Assembly (NCBI RefSeq): GCF_009914755.1
Contig: NC_060936.1
DNA length: 64,000 nucleotides
Strand: one strand, 5' to 3'
DNA from: the human T2T-CHM13v2.0 reference genome, Homo sapiens
The notes beneath the pieces were generated by a model. The model was given only the letters and a program-made list of their open reading frames with translations, had not been told where the DNA came from and ran no database searches. Position 1 is the first letter of the stretch, and each line of letters starts with the position of its first letter. Position numbers and translations under genes: made by a program. This document shows, piece by piece, positions 12,161 through 25,311 of the stretch.

Positions 12161-13339
12161 GCTGGACCATCTCTCTGCAGGCCTGTGCAGCCTCAGGTAG
12201 AAGAGATTAACAGCAGAAAACAAGGCGGGGCTGGGCCAAGGCTGAGGCGGACAGAGACTGAGGAACGTGGAAGCCGAGCCCCAGGGGCCTGAATTCACAG
12301 ATGGGAGAAAAGGGTAACCTTCGGCCATAAGGAGGGGGAGGGAAACCTCGTAGAAGACACTGATGCCAAGTGTTACATAACTCCGGGACATGCCCCGCCC
12401 GCCCGGCCGCCGGATCCTGCTTCCTGCTGACGTCGCCTGCGGCCACACTCGGGCCAGACCTAGTGCAAGGCGGGAGGGGACACCCACTGACCCTCTGCTT
12501 CCCCACTCCTTCCTTCTCTGGCCAAGGGTGACATGTCTTCCTGTACTCCAGACAGGGCTGGGCCAGCAGCCAGAGGTGGCTGATACTGCGTTAGGATTCA
12601 CTGGGATATGCCCTCCTCCCTGGGACTGAAAGGCACAGGGGAGGGGCAGGAGGTGGAGGTCACCAGGTTCAGCGGCACCTCTCCTGGTGAGACCTGCTTG
12701 CTTACTGCAGCGATGGGGAGCTCACCACTACACCAAGAACGGCTACTGTCAAGACGGATGGCCTGGCCTGAGCCCCACTTCCTGTAGTGGGTCCCTGCAT
12801 CTGCTCCGCTTTCTCTGCAGCCCGCGATATGAGGGTGCTCCTTCAAGGTCGGCCAGGAGCGAGAACCAACCCCACACTCCCAAATCACTCATTCTCATCC
12901 AGGTCCCAACCTGGATCTCGGGGTCCCCTCCTGTCCACGCCTCCAGAGTCTTCAGCGTCAGGGGACAGAAGGGCCACCTTCTTTATCAGCTTTGACTGTG
13001 TCATTCGGATCAGAATCACTTTCATCGACACTAGGACGACCCACTTTGAGTCCAGCCCTGGATGGGGGCTGTGTCTCAGCTCAGAATCCTTCAATGCAGC
13101 CCCCACTCCCTCCACGGTCCACTAACGAAGTGTTAGCTCCACAGCCCAGCAGGAAAACCCCATCCATGTCTCTGCCCTCAGGGCAGCTGCCATTGCTTCC
13201 CTGGGATACAGCAGGCGCTGAATATGGGGCTGCTGAATGGACAGTGAGGATAATACTGAATGCTTATTGAGGGCTGACCAAGGACCAGGCACCACCCTTT
13301 ACAAAAAGAAACACACTTGTTCTTCAACAGCCCTACGAC

Positions 13340-14270
13340 TGGGTCCCATTCTTATCCCCATTTTACAGAGGTGGAAAGTGAAGCACGGAGAGGTGAAGCC
13401 CAGTATCCTTGGACCCAGTCACTAAGCGGCAGAGCTGGGGTACAAAGCCACCAGCTCCAAAGCCCTGCTCTGCACCATCCTTCTGGGATGCCTCTTTGAA
13501 TGAATGGATGAATGAATGAATGAATCAATCAGTCGTGAGTGTGCCACCACCAGCACCATCACAGCTCTCACTAGCAGAGTGTCTGGGGCATACTAGGCCG
13601 CATTCCCAGCACTCTGCAGGCAGCCACCCAGTGTATTCCCATAACAGCCCTTTGAAGTGGGTTCCATTATTGTCCCCATTTCACAGATGGGGAAACTGAG
13701 GCACAGAGAGCACAGGTCACTTCCCCAAGGCCACACAGCTAGTAGGTGGCAGAGCCTACGTTCAAACTCAGCTCTCCTGGGCCCAGTCCCTGCTCCCAAC
13801 CCATAGCACACTGTGGCTGTGCCTGCACGCACCGTTCAAGAGGCGCCCTCGTCAGTGGGATCTCTGGCTGCATGTTCGTCCACGCCAGCGGCTTCACTGG
13901 TGGTCACCACACTCAACAGGGTGCCTTAAGCATGGCCCGTGCCACCTTGGCCCAGTGCTCATACCTCCCACAAATCTCCTAGTCTAATAAAACCTTCCAA
14001 CTCAAAAAAAAAAAAAGAGGGGGCCTCAGGTGGCCCTGAGAAGGGGGTAGATGGCATCCAGATAAAATAACAATAACCACAGCAGTAAGAGTAACTAGGG
14101 CACGTCGCCCTCCCGGAGCGCTGCCCCTCTGGCAGGCACTAAGGACCTCACAGGTAATCACTCGTTCACTCCTCATAGGACCTCTTGGATAACAACTGTT
14201 ATTCTCCTACCTTACAGATGGGGAAACTGAGGCTTAGAAGGCTGAATTCACTGCCCAAGGTCACAGGGGT
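13340..14270. mobile_element. MIR cluster (further MIRs at about 3620, 5500, 24130, 25330, 37440, 50740, 54440, 60570)
   Basis: Repeated MIR core cccattttacagatg.ggaaactgaggc.cagag. Confidence 0.75.
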
Positions 14271-16091
14271 GCCCAAATCCACAAGCTGGGCCTTGACCCC
14301 AGTCTCGCCCTGGGCCTAATGGGATGGTTCACCGTGCTGGGGTCTCTGGTCCTCCAAGCCACTCTCAGGTTTTGGAGTCTCTAGGGGTACAGTGGGGCCA
14401 CACCCTGCGGAAGCCTGGAAAGCCAGGCTGTGTGGCAGCAGGCTGCAGCGGGGGGAGACGTCCATGGTCGTGGGGTGAGGGGGACAGGCGGAGGGAGCCC
14501 CAGAGAGGGGAGGCGGGGGGAGGAGAGAGAAAGTGAAAGGACAGCTGGGGAGAAAGCAGGAGGCCCTTTTTGTTCCTGGGGAGATGCTCAGGGCCAAAGC
14601 CCTGCCCCCAAGTCATCCTGGATGAACCACCTCAGACTCCTGACCTGGCTGACAGAATCAATGGCCCACAACATCCCCCGGCCCAGGCCCCCTTCTGCGC
14701 CCCCAGGCTGCTCTGGCTCAGGCCCTCTTTGCCACAAGGGACTTCAGCAAGTGTTAGGGACGGGGTTCTGCACATTCAGCCAGATGCGGTGCCTTCCTCC
14801 ACACCCAACCAGAAGGCCCGAAGCATCCAGAAGGAAAAGGCGCTGCCTGAAGCCCTGAGCTCTGGGGACAAATCCCAGGGGCCAATGTGGAGGGCACGCG
14901 GGGCACTGCTTAACTGGAAGTGATGGGGAGGGGCCTCCCTGAGGCCAGAGGGTGGATCTCAGCCCTGACCACAGGGCCGTGGGACCGTGGCCCCTCGGTC
15001 CCGGAGCCACCAGCGGCCGCGCGCACACATGACTCACTAAGAACCCACTCGGGAGGGTGGAAGGATGTCCTTAAATTCTGCACAGTGCTTGGGCGGAGTT
15101 CAAACAGGGGGAGGCTATACCTGGTCCTCCCACTGCAGGCTGTGTGACCTCACAGCCTGCTCACCCTCTCTGGGCCTCAGCAGGTTGCACTGAGGGAGCA
15201 ATTCAGCATGGCCTGCCCGGAACCCACTGCACACACTTTACACCCAGGCACAAGGCAGCCCGATGTCATGGTTTGGGAGTGGCGGGGGGAGGAGTAGTCC
15301 TGGGGGAGGGGAGCTATGCAACCCCTCCCTCAGTGCTTCTGTATCGATGAGGAAACACGCAGCCTAGCGATGAAGAGCGTGGGTGCTGATCTCATAACTG
15401 TGGGTGCATATCGCAATTCAGTCGCACATGAGCCTGGCTAAGCCTCAGTTTCCCCAGCTCCAAAAAGGGGACAATGCTTGGCAAGTGTGTCAAAGAGGGA
15501 GAAAGGAGGGAGGAAGGGAAGGAGGAGGAAGGGAAGGAGAGAGGGAAGGCAGCAGAGGTCTCCCCAAAATGCTCCTCAATTCCCAGAAACAGCTGTGGAA
15601 GAAGCGGCTGCTCCTCAGAGGCCATTTACACGCTGGCGAGGCGAGCCTGCACCTTCTGTGCTTGTGGAGGAGGGAAGGGTCTCAGCCTCCCGTGGCCTGC
15701 CTCAAGCCCTCCAGGATGCTGGGGCTGAGACGTCCGCCCCTGCCCCCCCAGACCTGTCCCTCCCCAACCACGGCAGCCCTAAAGCTGTGAGGTCAAATGG
15801 GGCGGGGGAGCCACTCGCTCAGGACCCATTTGCCTCCGGGTCCTCATTCCAACGCGGTGACAGCCCGAATTCCTGGCTGAGTCAGTCTGGTCCACCGCGC
15901 TCCTTCCCCCACACCGTGAGACAGGGCTGAGGGCCCCCAGAGGTGTCTGTCTGAGAGGAGTGGGGTGCAGGGTGGGGGTGGAGGGCAGCCTGGCCCGGCC
16001 CGTCTCCAAGGCAGGGACACTCATAGCAGCATTGCCGCCTGCAGCCATCTCGGGGTACTCCCGGGCTTGAACCCCCAGAAGCTGAGTTCTA

Positions 16092-16475
<384 letters not shown>

Positions 16476-17666
16476 TCAGGCCCAGGACCTCTGGAAGAAG
16501 AGACAGTGATGGGCCACGTGTCCCCTAGCGGGGAAGGTACTAGAGGGTGGCAGTCCTGGCCTCTGGGGTCTGGTTTCTCAGTCACTTGACTCCAGGCCAG
16601 GATGCATGGGAAAGGCCTGGGCTGGAGGAGCCAAAAGCGACAGGTGAAGTCCCACCGAGGTCACTGCGCGGGAGTCTGGGGGCGGAGGGCTGTGAATATC
16701 CAGAACGCACAGCCTCTGCCCAGGCCCCACCTCTCCTGCTGGGCGGAGGGCCTGGCCTACGTGACCCAGCCCTGACACTCGCTCACAGCTGCAGGCGAGG
16801 CCTCGGGAGACGGGTTGTTTTCCGGCCACACCGGCCCAGCGAAAGGAAGGGACGTGGTGAGCAGGGGATGGGAGGGTGGAAGTCAGGGTGGGGATGAGCT
16901 GGGGCCAGGAGCCTCCAGGCCCAGGTTAACTGGGGCACCTCCAGGGCCCAAACTCCCTAAGGGCACCTAAAGGCCCACTCAGGACTCGGGGCCCACCAGG
17001 CTTGGTTGCGCAGCTGGAATTTGCTCCCAAACCCCAACCCGCACAACCAGGAGGTTCTCTCAGCCTCACAGACCTCCTGCTGTGGGAAGAGACCCTCCAG
17101 GAATCGGCAGAAAAAGCTCCCTCCATCACTAGGTCTCAGGCCAGAACCAGAGCATGCCGCCCCCCAGGTTCTAGTTTCAAGGCCACAAACACCAGGCTCG
17201 GCAGAAACACAGCCCCTGCTGCACCGGAGGCAGTGCCTGGGAAGCCAAGCCCCCGGTCTCGGCCTGTCTGCCCGGCGAGCTGCGGCACACACAGGCACAG
17301 GCCAGGCAGCTCTATATTTATGCCTGTGTCTCCAGCGGCGTGACCTTGTGTGGCCCAGCCAGTCCATGCAGGTAGGGCCTGCCCACTTTCCCAGGGCTGT
17401 GGGAGAGACAGGGAGTGCTCCTGACCTAGGGGTCTGTGCGGCAAGAGGGTGCCCCTCCAGGGCAGCAGGCCCCAAGGCTGAATCACGTAGCTCGGGACAT
17501 GGCAGCCTCTCTGAGCTGGAGCTCCACTTGTAAGGACTTTAATGAAGGATTTCCCATAATGAAGGTTTTAACCATTTTCCTTGAATAAAATCAAGCTGCA
17601 AGCCAAGCTCCAGCTAAAATTGTTCAGAGGTTGGGGAGCTGAGGGGCAGCCGTCTGTGTTGGTATT

Positions 17667-17723
17667 TTCATTCATTCATTCATTCATTCATTCATTCATT
17701 CATCCACCCACCCACCCACCCAC
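17667..17723. repeat. (TTCA)n(CCCA)n compound tetranucleotide repeat
   Basis: Direct reading; probably an L2 tail derivative. Confidence 0.85.
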
Positions 17724-19154
17724 GTGCTGGCTGCCTGCCTGCTACACACAAGGCTCTAATGCAAATAAAACAACAGCAGCAGAAACATCAACACATCAGC
17801 CCGTGGCACGGCTAACTGACACACAGAGTTTGCAAAGCCCTTCAAAGACTTGGTTCCGTCTCATCCTTGCTGTCATGGCTGTGACCATTTTCCCATCCCC
17901 AGGAGGGGGAAATCTCGGTTCAGAGGGTCCCGCCAACTCACCCAAGCTTAGAGGACCAGCCAAGGGGGGCAACGCGGGCGTGGGGCCCCAGACTTCCTGC
18001 CCTCCGGGTCCTCTGGCCCCCGTGGCGTGGGGGTGGCACTGACTGACAGGCCACCTGTTCGCCTGCCGTGGCCCTGGGAGCCACGTGGCCTCACAGCCCG
18101 CTCCTCAGGGTTCCTCAAGGACAGGCGCAGAAGGGGAGGGCCGGGGCGTGGGATCAAGTGGCACCCGGCCCCTGACCTTTCCCTCCGCCCGCGCCAGCAG
18201 CAGCTGCCACTTCCAGAACCTGGCGGACAGGGCCGCGCGTTTATTTATATTTCCCCAGCCGGGGCCAAGAGAGCCCAGGCAAACACACCGGGCCAGAGGG
18301 ATCACAGACCCGGCACCCGGGTGGGAGAGGGCGAGAGGGGGCGGGTCTCCCATCTGGGCCTGCTGGGTGGGGTGGGCATGGAGAGCTCAGGGGGTGGGGT
18401 GAGGGTGGCCCAACAACACTGGGGAGGTTGACATTTCCAAACTCAGTCAATAAATAAGGAGGTAGCTAGGAGCCTGGCTGGGGGCTGGGGACCCTAATTA
18501 ACTCCGATCATGGGGGCAGTGGGAGTGGGTTGAGGGCAGAGGAGAGGGGATGGAGGTGGGGGTGGGGGTCACCCAGCCCTTCCTGAAAACATACGGCTCC
18601 CAAAGGAGCTGGGCAGAGTCATCCAGGCGCCTGGCCAGAGCTCGCTAGCAGTCTTGGCCAGCCCTTCTGCTCTCCGGCCTCAGTTTCCTTAACTGCCGTG
18701 TGAGGAGCCAGAGTGGGTGTCCCATTAGTGCCGGCCAGGGCTGCGGGGTAGGGGCAGGCTGGCACTGGCTTCCTCTGGTTCCTGTTCTGGGAAGCCCAGG
18801 CAGAGGGTGCCAGGCACGGAGAGAAAGACTTTCTACCCTACCGTGCCTTGGAGACCACCCCGCCAGACCCAGCTTGAAGCCCCCGTCCACTTGGAGAGAC
18901 CCCCTGTGCACACAGCATCACAGACCTTCCCAGGCACAGATCCAGGTCCCACCCCTGCTTCCAGGAGAGCTTCAGCCCAGCAGGGAGAGAGAGGAGAGGG
19001 CATGGGGGAAAGGATGGGCTGGGACCCCCATCCACTCCAGGGGCCCAGAACTCCGACTCCCCAGCTGCCCAGCCTCAAATCCCAGATGGCCACGTTGCGG
19101 TCCCTGTCCCTGCACCCGCAGTCCCCCATCCCCTCCCCAGGACCACTCACTCAC

Positions 19155-19200
19155 ATCCTCTCATTCGCGTCTCCCCCTCGGCCAAGTTTTCCGGAAACAT
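19155..19200 (-). CDS. NCOR2: Candidate coding part of an alternative internal first exon (MFPENLAEGETRMRG+T)
   Basis: ATG at 19200, 15 codons + 1 nt, then GAT|gtgagt; phase 1 matches the exon I acceptor; lies at the downstream edge of a CpG island. No transcript evidence available here. Confidence 0.5.
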
Positions 19201-20050
19201 AGGGCTGGGAAGATGCCCCAGGGAGCGGGCCGAAGTGGGCCGGCAGGCTGGGCGGCCGCGGTCGGCTCTGCGAGGCTGCTGGTTGGCGTCTGCTGGCGGC
19301 TCAGCTCAGCCTCACATCCTTCTCCGTCCCACGGTGAGGGAGGGAGGGAGGGAGGGAGGGAGCGAGGGAGGGAGGGACGCGGCGGGCGGAGGCTGGCTCG
19401 AGAGGGGCGGGCGGGAGGCAGCTCCTCACAAGTCCGCCTGCCTGTGGTGGCCCGGGGCTCCTCCAGCGGCCGCTGCCACCTCTGACGCCGTCCCCAAGCC
19501 GCTGTGGGCGCGCGAGGTGCCCTTCCCCGAGGGTGGTGGGTGGCGGGAAGTTCTCAGTGGTGCGTGTGGGATGCCCCTGGGCCAGGTATCACCGGGGCGC
19601 AGCGTGCCGAGCTCCTCCAGCACCAATGTGCCCAGTGCGGACGCTCAGCGAGCAATGCCGGCCAGAGCCCACAGACCCCCGGGCCGGGCAAAATCCAAGG
19701 ACCCAGGCCCAGCAGGGCAGCCGTGTCCCCCGCAGCCGGGCTCAGCTCTGATCTTCTTGCTGCCTGACCCAGCGAGACGCGGCAGGACTGAATGTGACCT
19801 CCAGACGGAGGCTCGCGGCGGGCGGGCAGGCGGGCGGGGGAGCGTGGCAGAGGCCCAGGTTCACAAGGGGCGGGCCAACTTGGCACTGGCTCCCCCTCCC
19901 TCTCTCCCCATCCGCGGCGGTGGCGGCGTCAGCAGTGGTAAGAACAGATGAGGGTTCCAGAAAAACAGAGCTTCTCCACCCCCGGCAGACAGGGAGCAAA
20001 CAGCTTCTTCCGCCATCATCCCCCGCCGCCCGTCCCCCCACCCTCCGTGT
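19200..20050. promoter_or_regulatory. Intragenic CpG island / putative internal promoter
   Basis: Visibly high CpG density versus flanks, several GGGCGG boxes (e.g. about 19384-19413, 19819-19836, 19868), (GGGA)n run 19337-19377, TGACG half-CRE at 19483, no transposons. Confidence 0.75.
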
Positions 20051-21319
20051 CAGTTCCACCTGAGCTCTGCCCCCTGCCTGGCCTGATGCTGCCGAGGCTG
20101 ACCGAGCCCTCTGTCGGGGACTGTGGGTGGGCAGGGCTAGCCTCGCATTCCGGAGGGATCCCGGGATTTGAGGAGCCTTTGCAGGGTGCACATGAGACCG
20201 CCAACCATTTAGGGGAGGGGGAAGGGTTTGGGGATTTGGGGTCCCCAAAGAGCCCTCTGCTGCTGGGGGGGTCTCGGGACCACAGCTGCCCCTTTCGTCC
20301 TCCTCCGAGAGCCCCTGCAGCCGTGAAGGAACACTGTGGGAAATGCCGGGGAGCCACCCAGAAGGTTGAAAGTTAACTGAGCTGAACTTTGGATCCTAGA
20401 TTCAGGTCACGACCGACTTCCCTGACTCTGGGATCATTAACCTGCTTTTCCCTTTAACTCCCAGCCCTTCCATCCTGCCCCCTAAAAATCTGGGGAGCAG
20501 AAGGCGTCTCTGGAATGTCCCTGCACCCCCAGCCCTCGTCCTGGGGCACGATGCCAGGGGAGGGCAACAAACCTCAACCACATCAGGGATCTGGGCCTCT
20601 CCACCTGAGTCCTGCCCTCTGCCCTCTGCAGGGGAGGTCTCAGTGCACTTTTAAGGATGCCAACCCCGTGAAATCACTCCTCTGCTTAAAATCTTCCAGT
20701 GACCACATGAAGCTCTTGGAATAAAATCCAAAGGCCCTAGCACGGCCCAGGTGACCCTTAGGAGCCAGCTCCATGAACCCGCCCAGCCTCTCTCTGGGTC
20801 ACTCGTGTGTGCCCCAGGGCCTTTGCACCAGCTGCTCCTGCTGCCTCCACGGGTTTTCTCACAGATGTGCCTTGTCTTCCCTCTGGTCTTGGCTCAAGTG
20901 ATGGCTCCTCAGAGAAGCCTTCCTTGCCCGCCCCTCCAAAGTGACCCCCCCCCGTCGCCCTGCCATCCCAGGGTTTGATCATCTTCATAGCTTTCACCGC
21001 CTCTGAAATTAGCTCCCTCGTCCCACTGCTCATCGGCAGGTGTCCGGGGCCTGCTGAGCACCCTGGGCATCTCTGCCACCCGTCTGGGTCCCTGGTAAGG
21101 AGCTTGCAAAGGAAGAGGGGGCTGTGCGTTTAGCTCTGCAGGGGGCCCCGAACCCTCCCAAAAGAGGCTGGGGTATCCCCCTTGACATCCAGGCACACGC
21201 CCCCAACACTCTGTGCCGGGGCGGAGATGGCAGATTCTGCCACCATGCCCTGTGGTCTGGATTCCCCGACCCCACTTCTAATTTCTAAGGAAGGAGTTTC
21301 GTTCTGAAGAGTCAGGAGG

Positions 21320-23020
21320 CAGGAACTAGGAAGTGAAATTGACCAAGACAGGAAGTCCAGCCAGGAGGTCTGAGTCACAGACGCCGAGTGGAGAGCCAGG
21401 CGCAGGGGCCCGGCGGCCACGGGAGTGGGTGCTTGGGGCCCCGCTGGGCTAATCCTCCTCTGGGCACCCATGGGGCAGCGTCCCACATGCCATCCGTGGG
21501 CCCATGACGAGCTGTTCTTGTGGGGGCCAGGACTCAGCCTCCTCGGCTCAGGTGCTCTGGCCCTCAGGGAGGCCTGCGCTGCCGCTCAGATGCCTCCAAG
21601 CTGCTTTTCTCCAAGGGTCTGCAAACCTGCATCCACAGCTAGGACTCCGAGGGGACCACACCACCGCCCACCTGCATCTGGGGATGTTGCAGCTGTTTTC
21701 TCTGGAAGTCAGCCCCCAACCCTGGAAACACACTCGCTCTCCCCACCCCAGCCAGTCACCTCCAGCCTTGACGTTTCCCACCCCTTCCATGAAGACTCAC
21801 AGGCTGCCTGCCAGAGGGGTGCATCGACCACCGCCCCCCACCTGCCATTTTCCCCGAGAAACTCAGCATGCTCTGCCTAAAACCCTATCAAAGTTGGGAG
21901 GAAAAGAACCCAGCCGTCTTGGGCCTGAGTCATGCCACTTCCTCATTTCAGAAACCCCAAGCCCTGGCGGGGGGGGGTTCCACAGGGACGGTGCCTCCGC
22001 ATTGACACCCTTGACAGGCCGGGCACTCCTGCGTGTCTTGTCAGGACTTCCTGAACTCCTGCCATCCTGAAATCCTATCAGGATGTTGGCTGGATAACAT
22101 CACACCTGGACTTGCACCTCCCCACTCTTTTCTCTCCATCTACTCTTTCAAAAATCAGCCTCGCTATCTGCCTTAGCCTCCGCATCAGCAATTATACCCG
22201 TAAATCATAGGTACGATGTGAAAAAGCTACGTCTTCTCCCAGCTCTCAAAAAAACCCAGACTCATTAAGATGAAATAAAGTCACCTGCATACGACCTGGC
22301 GCTGTCTCGCCTACCATTTCCGGAAGTGCCACGTTACACCTTTCAATGTCACGTTTTCCTACAGAGCAGAGCAAAGTTGGAAGCCAGCCTGGGGGGTCAG
22401 ACAGACCACCCCATGCCCTGTGTCCACTGCAGTGGGCTGGGTGAGCACTGGCTCTCCCTCTGGCCTTGGTCTTCTCCTGTGCAAAGCAGAAGTCGTGTGT
22501 ATGCGTGCGTGTGTACACACGCGTGTGGAGGGCCTGCCTTGTTCGTGAGCACCAGCCACGCCACGTGACGACAGGCATCATTACTACCGCATCGACCGCC
22601 AGGTGCTCCTTCCCTGAGTCAGGAGCCATGTGGATGCGGATTCATGGGTCTCCCCTAGGAGGGAAGGGGGGCTTGTTGATGCCTGATTTCATCTTCAAGG
22701 GTGCTGACAGGAGCAAGAGTGTGGTCCAGACCCTGCCCCTGTGTCTGGCTGTACCCCAAGTTCCTGCAGAAACCCCAATTTTTTCCTCCCTCCAAACCAT
22801 CACAACAGACTGTTTCTCACATATCCGGCCGGGAGGCCAACCAGCCCCAGACATGCACCCTCCCTAGTGGTCTCTCTCCAGACCACACGTGGTGACAGTC
22901 TCCTTGGACGCGAGCCCCGAGGCACCGCACCGTCCCTGCCTGGTATACCACCCCTCCTGAGTCACACAGCTCGAGTGTCGCCTCCTGCTGGGCCCTGACG
23001 GACAGCTGCACCAGGAAGTA
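21320..23020. promoter_or_regulatory. Putative AP-1/ETS/E-box enhancer cluster
   Basis: TGAGTCA at 21371, 21926, 22615, 22958; GGAAGT-type ETS cores near 21329, 21351, 21937, 22322, 23014; CACGTG at 22562 and 22886. Confidence 0.45.
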
Positions 23021-24893
23021 GCCGGGCAGACCCAAACCCAGGAGCAGCAGCACTGCCTACCGGCCCGCCCACCCCACTGTAAGCTCTGGCAGCTTTGTGC
23101 GGCAAAGCACACAGGCGCTCCTCTTTTGGGGGGCCCATGGTGGGCACAGCCCAAGGCTTTCCCAGTGGACATGTAGTGGAGGAGGTCCTGCTCTCCAGGC
23201 TCCAGGCTGGGGGCTCACCCCTCCCCTTCCCATGCCTTAGACGCTTCATCTATAAAAGCCCGTCAGGCCAGCCCATGTGCACAGCAATGGGTGGTTCCTG
23301 CCTCGCTCCTGTGAGAAGTGGCAAGGCCACTAGACAAGGCAGCTGGAGTCCTGGGGGAGGCCTCTGGGGTCTGCCCGGGCTTACTGGGAGCCACCAGGGC
23401 CTGGTCTTGCACATCCTCCCACTGTTGGCCGCTCCCTGGAGATTGGGAAGGACTGGCAGCCCGGAGGCGGGCCAGAGCCAACTCCCGGTCTAGAATGGTG
23501 TGACAATGGTGTGACCGGGAGCCTCCCAACCCCCTCCACAGCAGGTTCTCTGCCCGCCAGAGAAGAGGGCTGGGGCCTGGAGGAGCTGCCAGCAGAGCCT
23601 CGGGCCTCTCGCACAGCTGGGTCAGGCTTCCAAGCCAGGCCAGGCTGACCTTTCCCAGGGGAACCGAGTCCCTCATCCCAGCCCTGCTCCTGCCCTGCCC
23701 CTCCTTCCCCACTTGGCGCTGGGCCCGAGGGCAGGCGGCCAGCTCCCCGGAGCTGCCCGGTTCCTGGGGAAGCTGCCTCCTGAACATTCTCGGTCCTCAG
23801 GCAGCACAAGCCCCAGGGCAGGCAGCCACAGCCGCATGCACACAAGAAGGGAGGTTGCTCACTTGCCCACCAGAAACCCTATGGCCATCATGTCCCCAGC
23901 CCCTCCCCAGTGGCCTCCCACGCTCTAGAGTAATAGCTACACTCCATCCCATGCTGGCAAGGCCAGGCTCCCGGTGGCCCCTCTACCTTCTGGGATTCAA
24001 CCACTTCTCATGGGGCCACACTGTCCCTGCCATGGGGCCTTTGCACATGCCTGTCCTGCCTTTGTTACCTGGTCAACAGGTTGGCCCATGGACTAACCTG
24101 TTCAGCTCTCATGCCAACCCCATTCCTACTCTGCAAGTAGAGTGCCTGGGTTCAAATCCCAGCTCTACCACTTCACAGCTGTGTGACCCTAGGCTGCTCA
24201 CTAAGCCTCTCTAGGCCTCGGTTTCCTCATTTGAATAACAGAAGTATTAACAGCACCTGCCTCCTAGTCAGGTTGGTAGAGATAAAGTGACTTCATACAC
24301 ACAAAGCTTCCAGCAGTGCCCAGCACGCAGGATGGGCTCCACGGTGTTACTGGGTGATATTCACTATTATTTCGTGCTCTGGGTGTCGGCCCCTTCCTCG
24401 GGGTAGCCCTCTGACTGGTGGCCCCCAGCACCATGGAAGTTCCTCCAGTTGTCACTGTACATTTGCTTGGCAGGTGACTTACCTCCGACCCCCATCGCCG
24501 GGGCGAAGACAGAGGTGGCGGGGGCCGAGGCCCCAAAGTGTAGGTACCTGCTCAGGGTCAGACTCTGCAGGAGGCACAGCTGGGACCCAAACCTAGGGAG
24601 CAGGGTCTGGAGACTGCGCCCTAAGCTAGCGGCCTGCCATTTCTGAGTGCCTACTGTATACCAAGGACTGTTCCTATGTGGCTCGCTCCGTCTTTAAAGT
24701 GCCCCTGGGAGGTAGCATCCCTGCCTCATCTGAGAGAACGATGGTAACTGAGGGTGAAACAGATGGGCCAGGCCAAGGTCAGGGGGCTAAGGAGCTGCTT
24801 GTAGCTACAAAGTGATGGGGAGGTCGGTATGCCCCGGGCAGCACTGCCCTCAGCTCTTCTGTGTACTTTCACCAAAACCCCAGGAAGGTGGGT

Positions 24894-25311
24894 GTGCTGG
24901 GTTGGAGAGCATCCCCCCAACATTTTGTGTCCACCAGAACCTATGAATGTGACCTTATTTGGAAAAAGGATGTTTGCAGATGTGATCAAGTCAACGTGGG
25001 GTCATACTGGATTGGGGTGGGTCCTTGTAAGAAGAGGAAAATGTGGACAGAGACACGCAGGGAGAAAGGCACACAAAGACAAAGGCAGAGCCTGGAGGGA
25101 TGTGGTCATGAGCCAGGGACTGCCAAGGCTGCAGGCAGGCGCCAGGGGCTGGGGGAGGCAAGGCAGGCTCCTCCCCAGAGCCTCTGGAGGGAATGCAGCC
25201 TCTTGGATGCCTTCAACTTGGACTTCTGGCCTCCAGAACAGTGAGAGAATACATTTATTTTAAGCCACCCAGTTCATGACCCTTTATTATGGCAGCCACA
25301 GGAAACATACA
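24894..25311 (+). mobile_element. MLT1 solo LTR
   Basis: gaatgtgaccttatttggaaa...gacttctggcctccagaac...ggaaacataca. Confidence 0.88.
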
